DNA of 64,000 bases from NCBI RefSeq assembly GCF_963921235.1, contig NC_086105.1, positions 49,848,001 to 49,912,000 on the forward strand, given 5' to 3'. The position numbers and the translations under genes were made by a program. Positions 1-12,577 of this stretch are shown piece by piece. The notes beneath the pieces are model-generated. The model saw only the letters and a list, made by a program, of their open reading frames with translations. It was not told the origin of the DNA and did no database searches. Origin of the DNA: Mobula hypostoma. Lineage: Eukaryota. How positions within the stretch are numbered: the stretch's first letter is position 1; each line of letters begins with the position of its first letter.

Positions 1-335
1 ATGCAAGCAGATTGTTTCCACTGAGGTTTGGTGAGAATACAATAGAAGTCATGGGTTAAAGGTGAAAAGTGAAATTTTAAGGGGAACACGAGGGGAAACT
101 TCTTCAGTCAGAAGGTGATCAATGTGTGGAATGAACTGCCAGTGCAAGTGGTAGATGCAATTTCGATTTCAACGTTTAAGAGGAGTTTGGATAGGTGCTG
201 TGTACATAGATGGGAAAGGTATGGAAGGCTGTGGTCCAGTGCAGGTTGAAAGGAGTAGGCAACTTAAATGGTTCGGCATGAACTAGATGCACCGATGGGC
301 CTGTTTCTGTACTGTAGGTTTCTATGATTCTATGA
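1..335 (+). mobile_element. CR1-type LINE 3' end
   Basis: Decayed ...FFSQKVINVWNELP... ORF2 tail, CR1-type 3' UTR and (TTCTATGA)n terminal repeat at ~320-335. Confidence 0.8.
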
Positions 336-384
336 GTATATGAAACAACTAATGAGAGAAGATAGAGGCTCCGGAAACATTGAC

Positions 385-896
385 ACAATCAAGAAGAAGG
401 GACCCAGCACCTGTACTTCATTAGGAGCTTGAAGAGATTTGGTATGTCACCAAATACTCTGATAAATGTCTGCAAATATACTGCAAAGAGCATTCTGACT
501 GGTTGGATCACTGCCTGGAATGCAAGCTTCAATGCACAGGATCAAAAGATGCCGTAGAGGGTTGTAGGCTCAGCCAGCATCATCATAGACACAACCCTCC
601 CACCATCAAGGAGAACTTCAAATGTTAGTACCTCAAGCAGTTGGTATCCATCATTAAGGACCCTCACTATCCAGGACTTGCCTGCTTTGTGTTACTACCT
701 TCTGTGAGGAGGTCAAAGAGCCCGAAGACCCACACTCTATGTTTTAGGATCAGCTTCTTCCCCTCTCCAATCAGACTTTCGAACAATCCATGAATTTTGC
801 CTCACTACTCTTTTTTTACTTTTTTTTGCAACTTAAAAGTAATTTTTAATGACTTGCACTGTATTGCCGTCACAAAACAACAAATTTCAGGACATA
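385..896 (+). mobile_element. Rex1/Babar-like LINE 3' fragment
   Basis: Resembles 4440-4990 (ESILTG.IT.W, PSGRR, FRNSFFP-like remnants); interrupted at a TA by Tc1. Confidence 0.7.
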
Positions 897-1945
897 CAGT
901 GCCTATACAAAGTATTCACTCCCCTTAGAAGCTTTCATGTTTTATTGTTCTACAATGTTGAATCACAGTGGATTTAATTTGGCTTTTTGATATGGATCAA
1001 TAGAAAAAGACTCGTGTCAAAGTGAAAACAGATCTCTACAATGTGATCTAAATTAACTACAAATATAAAACACAAAATTCTTAAATGCATAACTATTCAC
1101 CCCCACCCTCCTTTAATATGATGCAACAAATCATCACATATGTAGAAGTCACATAATTCGTTAAATGGATACCTGTTTTTGGAGATGTGTGCAGTCAAGG
1201 TGTTTCAATTACTGTAGTAAAAGTACACCTGTATCTGGAAGGTCCAACTGCTGGTGAGTATCTTGGCAAAAAGCACACCATGAAGACAAAAGAACACTCC
1301 AAGCAACTCAGTGAAAAGGTTATTGAAAAGCACAAGTCAGGAGATGGATACAAGAACATTTCCAAGTCACTGAATATCCCTTGGATTACAGTTAAGTCAA
1401 TCATCAAGAAATGGAAAGAATATGGCACAGCTGTAAATCTGCCTAGAGCAGGCCGTCCTCAAAACCTGAGTGACCATACAAGAAGGAGATTAGTGACGGA
1501 GACCTAAGACAACTCTGGAGGAGTTACAAGCTTCAGTGGCTGAGATGGGAGAAACGGTGCATACAACAACTAGGTCTAGGTGTTTAGGTGCTTCTCCAGT
1601 TACAGTTTTATGGGAGAGTGGCAAAGAGAAAGTCACTGTTGAAAAAAAACTCACATGAGATCTCGGCTGGAGGTTGCCAGAAGGCATGTGGGAGACTCTA
1701 AAGTCAGCTGGAAGAAGGTTCTATGATCTGATGAAACCAAAATTGAGCTTTTTGGCCATCAGATTAAACACTAAATTTCGCATAGGCCAAACAACTCACA
1801 TCATCAAAATCACACCATCCCCACTGTGAAGCATGGTGGTGGCTGCATCATGCTGTGGGGATGCTTCACTGCAGCAGGCCCTGGACGGCTTGTGAAAGTA
1901 CAGGTTAAAATGAATGCAGCAAAATACAGTGAAGTTCTGGAGGAA
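897..1945 (+). mobile_element. 3'-truncated Tc1/mariner transposon (left IR/DR and disrupted transposase)
   Basis: TA|CAGTGCCTATACAAAGTATTCAC terminus; transposase from ATG 1280 (MKTKEHSKQLSEKVIEKHKSGDGYKNISKSL...GRP), with SDETK and KHGGGCIMLWGCF remnants; no right TIR. Confidence 0.9.
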
Positions 1946-1959
1946 CCTCAGCTGGTGAC

Positions 1960-2260
1960 TCCATGAAGTTTATTCAACTCTGCACTGAACTGTGGCTGTG
2001 ACTTGGAATTGTCACAGTGTGGACTCACTTTTGTGAACTTCAGTTCTGAATGCTATTTGCTTTTTTTTATTATTTGCACATTTTTTTCTTTATTTCTCTG
2101 CATGTTGGGTGCTTGATGGTCTTTTATTTTAATGGGTTCTGTTGGGTTTATTTGTTTTATAGCTGCTTATAAGAAGACTAGTCTCAAGGTTGTATAAAGT
2201 ATACATCCTTTGATAATAAATGTTCTTTGACTTTGACTTAACTCTTGACACTTTTGAACT
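1960..2260 (+). mobile_element. LINE 3' UTR with AATAAA and (TTTGAC)n tail (Rex1-like)
   Basis: Same end architecture as 37740-37830. Confidence 0.55.
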
Positions 2261-2439
2261 TCACTACTTTTTTTCCTGGTATTTACAGGACAAAAGAAAT
2301 ATGGTAGAATTTTATAAAAAAATACACATAAACAGACAAAGACTGACCAACACCAATGTGCAAAATAAGACAAACTGTGCAAATAAAAATAATACTGATG
2401 AGCTGTAAAGAGTCCTTAGAAGTGAGTCAGTAGGTCATA

Positions 2440-3852
2440 GCAACACACACAAAATTGCTGGTGAACGCAGCAGGCCAGGCAGCATCCATAGGAAGAAGCA
2501 CAGTTGATGTTTCAGGCCGAGACCCTTCGTTAGGACTAACTGAAAGAAGAGATAGTAAGAGATTTGAGGGGGGGAGGGGGGGATCAAAAATGATAGGAGA
2601 AGACGGGAGGGGGACGTGATGGAGCTAAGAGCTGGAAAGTTGATTGGCAAAAGGGATACAAGGCTGGAGAAGGGAGGGGATCATGGGACGGGAGGCCTCG
2701 GGAGAAAGAAAGGGGGAGGGGAGCGCCAGAGGAAGACAGAGAGCAGACAAGGAGTAATTGTGAGAGGGAAAGAGAGAGAGAGAGAAAAAAGGGAAATAAA
2801 TAAATAAGGGATGGGGTGAGAACGGGAGGAGGGGCATTAATGGAAGTTAGAGAAGTCAACGTTCATGCCATCAGGTTGGAGGCTACCCAGACGGAATATA
2901 AGATGTTGTTCCTTCAACCTGAGTGTGGCTTCATTTTGACAGTAGAGGAGGCCATGGATAGACATATCAGAATGGGAATGGGATGTGGAATTAAAATGTG
3001 TGGCCACTGGGAGATCCTGCTTTCTCCGGTGGACAGAGCGTAGGTGTTCAGCGAAATGGTCTCAATCCGCGTCGGGTCTCGTCAATATATAGAAGGCCGC
3101 ATCGGGAGCACCGGACGTAGTATATCACACCAGCCGACTCACAGGTGAAGTGTCGCCTCACCTGGAAGGACTGTTTGGGGCCCTGAATGGTGGTAAGGGA
3201 GGAAGTGTAAGGGCATGTGTAGCACTTGTTCCACTTACAAGGATAAGTGCCGGGAGGGAGATCGATTGGAAGGGATGGGGGGAACGAATGGACAAGGGAG
3301 TCGTGTAGGGAGCGATCCCTGCGGAAAGCAGAACGAGAGGGTGAGGGAAAGATGTGTTGGTGGTGGGATCCTGTTGGAGGTGGCGGAAGTTACGGAGAAT
3401 AATATGTTGGACCCGGAGGCTGGTGGGGTGGTAGGTGAGGACAAGGGAAACCCTATCCCTAGTGGGGTGGCAGGAGGATGGGGTGAGAGCAGATGTGTGT
3501 GAAATGGGAGAGGTGCATTTGAGAGCAGAGTTGATGGTGGAGGAAGGGAAGCCTCTTTCTTTAAAAAAGGAAGACATCTCCTATGTCCTGAAATGAAGGG
3601 CCTCATCCTGAGAGCAGATGTGGTGGAGATGGAGGAATCGCAAGAAGGAGATGGAATTTTTGCAGGAGACGGTGAGAAGAGGAATAGTCTAGGTAGCTGT
3701 GAGAGTCTGTAGGCTTATAGTAGACATCAGTAGATAAGCTGTCTCCAGAGATAGAGACAGAAAGATCAAGAAAGGGGAGGGAGTTGTCAGAAATGGACCA
3801 GGTTAATTTGAGGGCAGGGTGAAAGTTGGAGGCAAAGTTAATGAAGTTAATG
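2440..3852 (-). mobile_element. 5'-truncated Penelope-like retroelement (RT C-terminus, GIY-YIG region, pLTR with hammerhead)
   Basis: ORF pieces FINFASNFHPALKLTWSISDNSLPFLDLSV...YYKPTDSHSYLDYSSSH and FFKERGFP...LVLTYHP are Penelope-type. Flanked by the direct repeat AGGTCATA (2432-2439 / 3853-3860) inside a minus-strand Rex1-like 3' end. Confidence 0.88.
2502..2537 (-). ncRNA. Degenerate hammerhead motif in a Penelope pLTR
   Basis: AGUC-CUAACGA-AGGGUCUCGGCCU-GAAAC-AUC-AACU. Confidence 0.6.
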
Positions 3853-4094
3853 AGGTCATAAATCTGCTTACAGCAGTGGTAAATGAAGTTAGCCATCCCA
3901 GTTTAGGAGCCGGATGGTTGTCGGGTAATAAATGCTGCTGACCTTGATGGTGTGACACCTAAGGCTCTGTACCTTCTTCCTAGCAGTAGGAGTGAGAAGG
4001 CGGCTTGGCCTGGCATGTGGGGATATTTAATGTTGGATGTAGTAGAATTCCAATCTGAACAATGACTGTCTTACTAGCAACATGATAGAAGATC

Positions 4095-5021
4095 TACTCT
4101 CTATATACACATGATTGTATGGCTAGGCACAGCTCAAGTACCATCTATAAATTTGCTGACAATACAACCATTGTTGGTAGAATCTCAGGTGGTGACAAGA
4201 GGGCGTACAGGAGTGAGATATGCCAGCTAGTGGAGTGGTGTCGCAGTAACAACCTGGCACTCAATGTCAGTAAGATGAAAGAGCTGATTGTGGACTTCAG
4301 GAAGGGTAAGATGAAGGAACACATATCAATGCTCATAGAGGGATCAGAAGTGGAGAGAGTGAGCAGTTTAAAGTTCCTGGATGTCAAGATCTCTGAGGAT
4401 CTAACCTTGTCCCAACTTATAGATGTTGTTAGAATTTGAAGAGATTTGACATGTCAGCAAATACACTCAAAAACTTCTATAGATGTACCGTGGAGAGCAT
4501 TCTGACAGGTTGCACCACTGTCTGGTATTGGGAGGGGAGGAGACTTCTGCACAGGACCGAAAGAAGCTTCAGAGGGTTATAAATCTAGTCAGCTGTATCT
4601 TGGGTACTAGCCTACATAGTACCCAGGACATCTTCAGGGAGCGGTGTCTCAGAAAGGTAGTGTCCTTTATTAAGGACCTCCAGCACCCAGGGCATGCCTT
4701 TTTCTCACTGTTACCATCAGGTAGGAGGTACAGAAGCCTGAAGGCACACACTCAGTGATTCAGGAACAGCTTCTTCCCCTCTGCCATCCGATTCCTAAAT
4801 GGACATTGAATCCTTGGACACTACTTCACTTTTTTTTAATATACAGTATTTCTGATTTTTGCACATTTTTTAATTTATTCAATAAACGTATACTGTAATT
4901 AATTAATTTATAATTTTTTTTCTCTCTTCTTTATTATATATTGCATTGAACTTCTGCTAAGTTAACAAATTTCATGTCACATGCCGGTGATAATAAACCT
5001 GATTCTGATTCTGATTCTGAT
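4095..5021 (+). mobile_element. Rex1/Babar-like LINE, 5'-truncated, with (CTGATT)n tail
   Basis: RT motif IYKFADNTTIVG, WCRSNNLALNVSK, PSGRRYRS; AATAAA followed by ctgattctgattctgattctga. Confidence 0.85.
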
Positions 5022-5559
5022 CACTAACTGTGATCTGAATTAGTATATTGATCATTGATGCTCAGGTTTGATTTTTCAAGTACCACTCAGCTTCAAACCT
5101 TATCAATTAAGAACTTCTTATTTATAACTTCTTCAGAAGAATATCTAAAGTTCTATGTTGTAAGTGCCTGCCCTTGACATCAGTGCAGCATTTGACCTAG
5201 TTGGAGTCAAGGACCTAGTAAAATTGAAGTCAGTGGAAAATAAGAGAAATCTTTCAACTAGCTAGACCCAGAGGCTATCAAATTATCTCAACTGATATTA
5301 TTATCCTAGAGTTCCTTAATTTATTACACTTGTAAACTTGACTTTTGTTCTCTTTAATGACCATGTTTAGTGACCTGTGAATGCATTGTTCTTGTGGATT
5401 CTATCACCTGGGAATAATGTTTAGTTTGACCAATAGAGATTCTCTGTTGGGCTTGTGATGCCTTAGTGTATGGAGTAAATGATAGAGACGTCATTAACAT
5501 CTGTACAGTTAAGTCAAATATCAGAAAATTGTTGGATAAAAAATAAACAAACGTAAGTA

Positions 5560-6985
5560 CTTTAGAGTTATAGTGCCATTACAGCACAGAAACAAGCCCT
5601 TTGGGCATCTAGTCCAAACAGAACTGTTAATTTGCCTAGTCCCATCAATTTGCATCCAGACCATAGCCCTCATTCAGATGCCTATCCAAATTGCTCTTAA
5701 ATGTTGAAATTGAACAGTCCATTCTCCACTTCTGCTGGCAGCTTGTTCCACACTCTCACCACCCTCTGAGTGAAGCTATTCCCCCTCATGTTTCCCTTAA
5801 ACATTTCACCTTTCACTGTTAACCCTCGTTCTAGTCTCACTCAACCTCAATGGAAAAGGCCTGCTTATATATACTCCTCATAACTTTGTATACCTCTATG
5901 AAAGCTCCACTCATTCTCCAACATTTGAGGATATAAAGTCCTAACCTATTCAACCTTGCCCTATAACTCAGGAACTCAAGTTTAGGGAACATCTTTACAA
6001 AGTTTTTCACCACTCTTATTAATCTTTTTGATATATTTTATATAGGTAGGTGACCAGAACTGCACACAATTACTCCACACAATTACTCCAATTTAGGTCT
6101 CACCAGTGTCTTACACAACTTCAACGTAACATCCCAACTCATTTTCTTTGTTTTATGAAGGCCATTGTTCCAAAAACTCTCCTTATGACCCTATCCACCT
6201 GTGACGCTACTTTCAAGGAATTTGTTCTACCACACACCTCAGTGCCCTACAGCTTACCGTGTAAATTATATTCTGATTTGTCCTCCCAAAGTGCAATACC
6301 ACACACTTGTCTGCATTAAATTCCATACACTTGTCTGCATTAATTTCCATCTGCCATTTTTCAGCTGGTCCAGATCCCGCTGCAAGCTTTCTCGCTATCT
6401 ATGCCTTCAATCTTAATGTCAAATTTATTATATAAATCATTATATAATATTATTATCACACAGTTGATATAGATGACAAACAACAAGAGCCCAGCACACC
6501 ACATCTCACAGGTCTCCAGTCAGAGAGGCAACCATCTACTACCACTGTCTGGCTTCTCCCATGAAGTCAATGTCTAATCCAATTTAGTACCTCATCCTGA
6601 TTGCCAAGTGACTGAACATTCTTGATCAACCTCCCAAGTGGGACCTTGGCAAAAGCTTTGCTAAAGTCCATGTAGACAAGATCCACTGCCTTGTCTTCAT
6701 CAACTTTCCTGGGAAATTACTCGAAAAACCAAAAGACTAGTTTGACACAATCTACTGCGCACAAAACCCAATTGACTGTTCCTAATCAGTCCCTGTCTAT
6801 CCAAATACATATATATTCAGTCCCTTAGAATATCTTCTATTAACTTACCCACTACTGATGTTAGGCTCACAAGCCTATAATTTCCTAGCTTATTCTTACA
6901 GCCTTTTTTAAACAATGGAACAACATTAGCTATCCTCCAATCCTCCAACACCTCATATACTGCTAAGGACTTTTAAATATCTCTG
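5560..6985 (-). mobile_element. CR1-type LINE ORF2 3' part (decayed)
   Basis: Reverse complement similar to 36472-37597. Confidence 0.8.
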
Positions 6986-9900
6986 CTAGGACCCCTGCAA
7001 GTTTACTTTTAAAAAAGAGAGTATTCCAAAATATACTTTCCTGGGCTTTTCTTTCCCTGTATTTCCTATGAATGACTTTTACAAAATCTGATTTACTTTG
7101 TAGTTGAGAGCAGCACTAATATCTGGAGCAAGCACAGAGCCAAACTAATATGTTTAATATCTGGGATATTTACAGTACTCATCCAGAGAGGGATGTAGTA
7201 ATGAGGCACTATTCATATTGGCCAATTTCTGAAACAACTACTCAGTCTGAGTCTTGTGGAATAGAGGGAATCTGATATTAATGGTGGAGAAATTTCTCCC
7301 TCTGCTGCTCAAATTTCTCCATTGCAAGTATCTCACATGGTGCTGTAAAGATGAACAAGTATATCCTTAACTCTTGTTTCTTAAACACCATGCAGTTGAA
7401 AGCCTCTCTTATAACACAGGTTTAGCACAAAAAACACATTTTTGTGCAGCATTCAATATTATTAGCAACACTTCTGTATATAGAAACATTAGGGTTTGGA
7501 GGAAATAGCGTGGGCTAATGATAATCTGCAAACGTTTTTGAACATTACTGAAATGACATCACATCTTTCTGATTAAGATACTGTACAGATCACTTTATTA
7601 AGACATTAACAGGGGACTTTATTGTCTCTGTATGCAGCATCTTGGATGACCAAGAATGAAGCAACAATAATTTTTTGAGCTAGAGAGCTCAAAACAACTT
7701 TTTTCATCTCTTTTCTTTTGCTATAGGTGCTCTAATGGTGGTCCACCTGAGTAAACTTTGCAACCAGTAGTAAGAGGAGAGGCCCAAAAGCATTGGAGTA
7801 CTATTACACACCCTCAGCAGAAGGATAATACAAAATCTTACTCAAAGGCACCTTGTCCAATGAGTGCACAAGGATCCGCAGTGCGACTTTCCCCAAGTCC
7901 AAGGTTTTCTTTTAGTGATGATGGAGCTACCTCTTATTCTGGAAACAGCTCCAGCAACTTATGCCTGTGCTGGTGAGGGAGGTATATTGTTTTGTTGATC
8001 TTTGGATCATTCCAGATGTTGACTGTTGATTGGTGATATATATCATAGACTCAGGCTCATTGTTGCCTTTGTCACTCTTGCTTCTACTGAAGAAGACGGA
8101 ATCACCATGTTGCTGAGCAGTAACTGTTAGCTTTATGGTCTCCTTTCTGAAGGTCCATGGAGTTCTGACTTGCATATGAACTCAGAGCCCTATATGAATT
8201 GTAATAGTTATGCCTTTCTAAATGTATTATCTGTCTTTGACTATGATATGATCACAGACATTGCCCTTTTTCTTTGGGGCTTACAAGACCCCTTCAACTT
8301 CAGTCAATCTTTGGTGCCTCTGAACAGAACAGACTGAAGAACAAAAGATTACATTTGTTGGAAATCCAAAATAAAAACAGGGAATTTTGGAAATACTCTT
8401 TAGGTCTAGCAGGATCTGTTGAAAGAGAAAGAGAATCAATATTTTCAGTCTTTGACCTTACATCAGAACTGATAAAAGTTAGAAATCAAACATTTTTTAA
8501 GTTTCAAAGAAGGTATGTCTGTGTTAGGGTGGAGAGCAAGAGAGACTGGATGTTGATGGTGCTGTCTGAGAGAAGGTGGAAAGACTTACTAATCTCTGCT
8601 GGAGGAGATATAAATGAAATAAAAAGAAAAATAATGTAATCCATAGAATCGGAATTTATACATAGAAGTGTCAAAAATGTTAATATAATGTCTTCTTCCT
8701 CTTCCGCACTGGAGTCTTATTGTTCAGCAGGGATGTGATATGAGAAGGTGCTGGCCTGATGGAGCTAGCCAGCATTTATTAGAGTTTAAAGTAAATTTAT
8801 TATCAAAGTATGTATATCATATACAACACTGAGATTCATTTTCTTGCAGGGACCCACAGGAAAGCAAAGAAGGAGGATGAGAGCTTAAAGTACACATATA
8901 GAAAAGATAAGGGGCAGTTTGTCCAAAGCTGGTCTTTTGTCACTGTCCATAGCAATTTGTTCTATGTTGTCTCAGCACACAAACTTCTGGTAGAGCCCTT
9001 CTCTCAGCCTGGCCAGGAGGTCGCTAATATTCAGGTGCAATCAGGGCGCAGTAAAAAATATTCTTTTTACATTTTAAAATAATACATGAATACAATAAAT
9101 TACTAAAAATATTTAATTTGTAAACAAATTCTACACTGTAATTTATTACAATATAATGTAAAAACCATGAAAACTGGTAGAAATAAACTCTCAGGTAACT
9201 ATTGAGAGGAAATTGGTAAAGATTTGAATGGAAAAGGAGGTAGGCAAAGAAGAGAAATTATCAGATGGCTATAGTTTTGGAAACACCCCTTCTGATTCTA
9301 TCTTTCTGTGGGGGAGAAAAAATCACCAGCTTCAATCATCTTTAAATTAAATATAGCTCAGCAAGATGAAAATAAATGTACTTTCTTTTCTTTCTTAACA
9401 ATATACTGTATATCTCCCTAAATGGAAAAGAATATTCACTACTGCACCAATATGATGTTTTCATCGCATAAATCATGCCAAGGTCCGCTCAGTGGGACTG
9501 GTAAACTTGAAGCAAATTTCATACTGTGATCCATAATTGCATTGAGTTGATTTAATGCTATCCAACTTCGGATTCAGATGGTGTGGTTTCCAATTTTTTT
9601 TTAATGTCCAAGGCACCTACTGAGCATCTGGATGGTTCATTTCCATTACATCATACCTTACACATTTTTTTGCCACAGTAAATGCGGAGCGTGGAATTAT
9701 TTTGAATGTGCTCTTTAGCATGTTATTCAAGAGGAAGGTACAGGAGTGAGGGTTTACATTCCTTAAAAATAGTTGGTATTGTGATTTTCCATAGCTTAAA
9801 GTTATGTAATCAGTGAATGTTGTATAAACACAGGTATGGAGATCCAAGAGGAAACACTGAGGAAGTCTCAGCTCTTATTCTTGTGGTGGTAATATGAGAT

Positions 9901-11029
9901 AGATATTGTTCCCTGCAGCTGTAAATGTGAGTTCTAAAGGCAATAGAAGCTAAGTAGATTTAGAATCTGGAGAGGAACGGAGTGGAAGGGAAAGGTACTT
10001 TTGTTTGGTCCTTCTAAGAACCTAGGACATAGAATAAAGTAAGGTTAAGGTGGAAGAATATGAGTGTTCTTTTGAAAAAAACATAACCACAAAGGTAATA
10101 ATCTTTGGACTTGATGGAGAAGCCAATTTCAGTTCATGGACACTGTCATCAGACTGATGAAGGAAGAAGCTGTTTCATTTGAATTGGTTTAACTTGAGTT
10201 ACGTTTGGACCAAATTTCGCAGATATAGTTAATAAAAAACTCCAGATCTAGTGTAAATAAGGAGCTCAGAAAAAAAAGTAAATAAGGAGCAAAAAAAAAG
10301 TACTGTATATTACTTTTGGAAAAAGTTAATGCAACTGAAAGGCTATAAATCGCCAGGACACTATGTCCTGTCTCCTACGGCTCTGCAGGAGATAGCTGTG
10401 GAGACAGCTGGTGCACAGAGTAGACATGCATGGACACAATGGCCTATCTTTTTATTCGTTCTTACAACCTATGTAACACATGAAGCTTCTTCCACCTTAA
10501 TTCATGTAATATACCCTTTATTCTCTTTATTTCTATGTACTTAACTAGCTTCCACTCAACTATAGTTAAACTACTACTTGTTCCACATTCCTGCTACTGA
10601 GTTTCTGAATTCTTTATTGAATTTATTTATGAATATCATAAATTTGTCACCCTTAGACTTGGAATCTCTGCTTGCTTTCAAATGTCTTTCAGATTTTGAA
10701 AACTCCTCAGCCTTTTTATTGATAGCTTGTTCACGTTAGACCAATTTTGTAAACTATTTTCAAAGGATTTTGCTTTTAATGTTAGAAATTTTTGTGATCA
10801 TGATATTTATACCGCTCAGTACAATAGTTAAATTGTTGCATTGTGGCTTCTTTCATGCCCAGTAATGTGCCACTAAAATCCCTTTAACTCTTAAAGTCAT
10901 TGGTAAGCCTTGACCTTATTGGATGATGGAAAAATTATTGTCTATTTCTTCCAGTTTAGATTTCGGCATTGTGTGCTGCTTGAGATTAATACTAAGTACC
11001 AAAGAATAATTTATAAAGTCTTTTGAAAG

Positions 11030-11505
11030 ATGCCATTAAGTCAGAAAGAGTGCAGAAAAGATTTAGAGGACGTTGACTGGACTTGAGGGACTGGGTTATT
11101 AGGAGAAGTTGGGTAGGCTTTAGAGTATAGGGATTGAGGTGTCATCTAATAGAGCGCATAAAATCATGGGACATAGATCGGTTGAATGCCCTCAGGCTTT
11201 TTTTAAGGTTGGGGATTAGGAGGCAATAGTTTAAAGTGAGAGGGGAAACTTTTTATAGGAACTTAAGGGGGAACTTTTTGATACGCGGGGTAGGATCTAT
11301 ATGGAACAGTTGGCAGAGGAAGTGGTTGAGTCAGGTAAAATAACAGCATTAAGAGGCATTTCACAAGTACATAGATTGGAAAGGTCTAGATTTAGAGGGA
11401 CATGGGTCAAACATAGCAGATGCGACTGACTTCGATGGGCATCAAGATTGGCAAAGGTGATTTTGGCTGAAGGGCCTGTTTAAGTGCTGTATGATTCTAT
11501 GACTT
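11030..11505 (+). mobile_element. CR1 3' end
   Basis: RVQKRF remnant and (ATTCTATG) tail. Confidence 0.7.
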
Positions 11506-12462
11506 TTTTTCCTTTCTCTGTGGTTGGGATATAGATGTGTAGGATACAAATCTATTGCTGCCTCTCTTTCATTTAACTTTATTTCTGGCCTCAACAACAG
11601 CCAAGGGAACAGTGGCAACCCCTTGGGAGAGTTGATGTGTTAGCCAAATATAAAAAGTTGCAGTTGAATAGAAAGTTGAATTTGAATGGAAAAGATGTGT
11701 GCTCTGTTCAGGGTGATTTTATTATCCATTGGAAAATTCATATCCTCATTTTTGGTGGATTTTTCATTATTCCTTATTCTTTTTTTGAGCTTGAATCTTC
11801 TGCAAAGGATGTTAACAATAGCGCAACAAGTAGAATTTGCTTACTGTGATTTTCAATCTCACTGAAAAGTGCAAGCTCCACTTCGTATAATAATGAACTT
11901 TTACCTACTGCATTTCCTCTGGGTGTGCTATTTAATGGTCAAACACTCAAACTGCATTATTTGTACTGAAATCTAAAAGCTCATACAGCTTTAGACACAA
12001 CCTCACACATGTGCTTTAACTATTGCTGAAGGAGAGCAAGGTTGTAGTCACATTCAGCCTCTCAGCACAGGATCATCAATCTCCACCATCTGAGTCATGC
12101 CATCTGTTCTCAGCCATCATTGGACTGAGGACACGGAAGCCTGAAATCCCTCACTACCAAGTTCAAGAACAGCTATTTCCTTTCAACCATTCAGTTTTTG
12201 ATCCAACCCATACAATCCTAATCACTAGTTTAGCACCACTATGACCACTTTGCAGTAAATGGATTTTTTTTGTTACAAACAAGAGAAAATCTGCAGATGG
12301 ATTTTTCTGTTGTTCTTTCTCAGAAAAATAGTGTATAATTTATGTTGATATTTTTCTTGTGAATGCTGCTTATATGTTGCTATGCGCCTGTGGTGCTGCT
12401 GCAAGTAAGTTTTTCATTGCACCTGTATGTACATGTTCTTCATGTTCGCATATGACAATAAA

Positions 12463-12577
12463 AAAACAAGAGAAAATCTGCGGATACTGGAGTCCTGCTG
12501 AAGGGTCTCAGCATGAAACATCGACTGTACTTTTTTCCATAGATGCTGCCTAGCCTGCTGAGTTTCTCCAGCATTTT
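12463..12577 (+). mobile_element. 115-bp non-autonomous Penelope-pLTR/hammerhead mini-element with 13-bp TSD
   Basis: ATATGACAATAAA at 12450-12462 and 12578-12590; an inverted pLTR terminus is followed by the hammerhead and pLTR. Confidence 0.8.
12491..12526 (+). ncRNA. Hammerhead motif (CUGCUGA variant) in a mini-element
   Basis: AGUC-CUGCUGA-AGGGUCUCAGCAU-GAAAC-AUC-GACU. Confidence 0.65.

Noticed and set aside
6060-6350. Short tandem duplications (13 bp and 24 bp)
   Set aside because: Ordinary slippage inside a dead CR1
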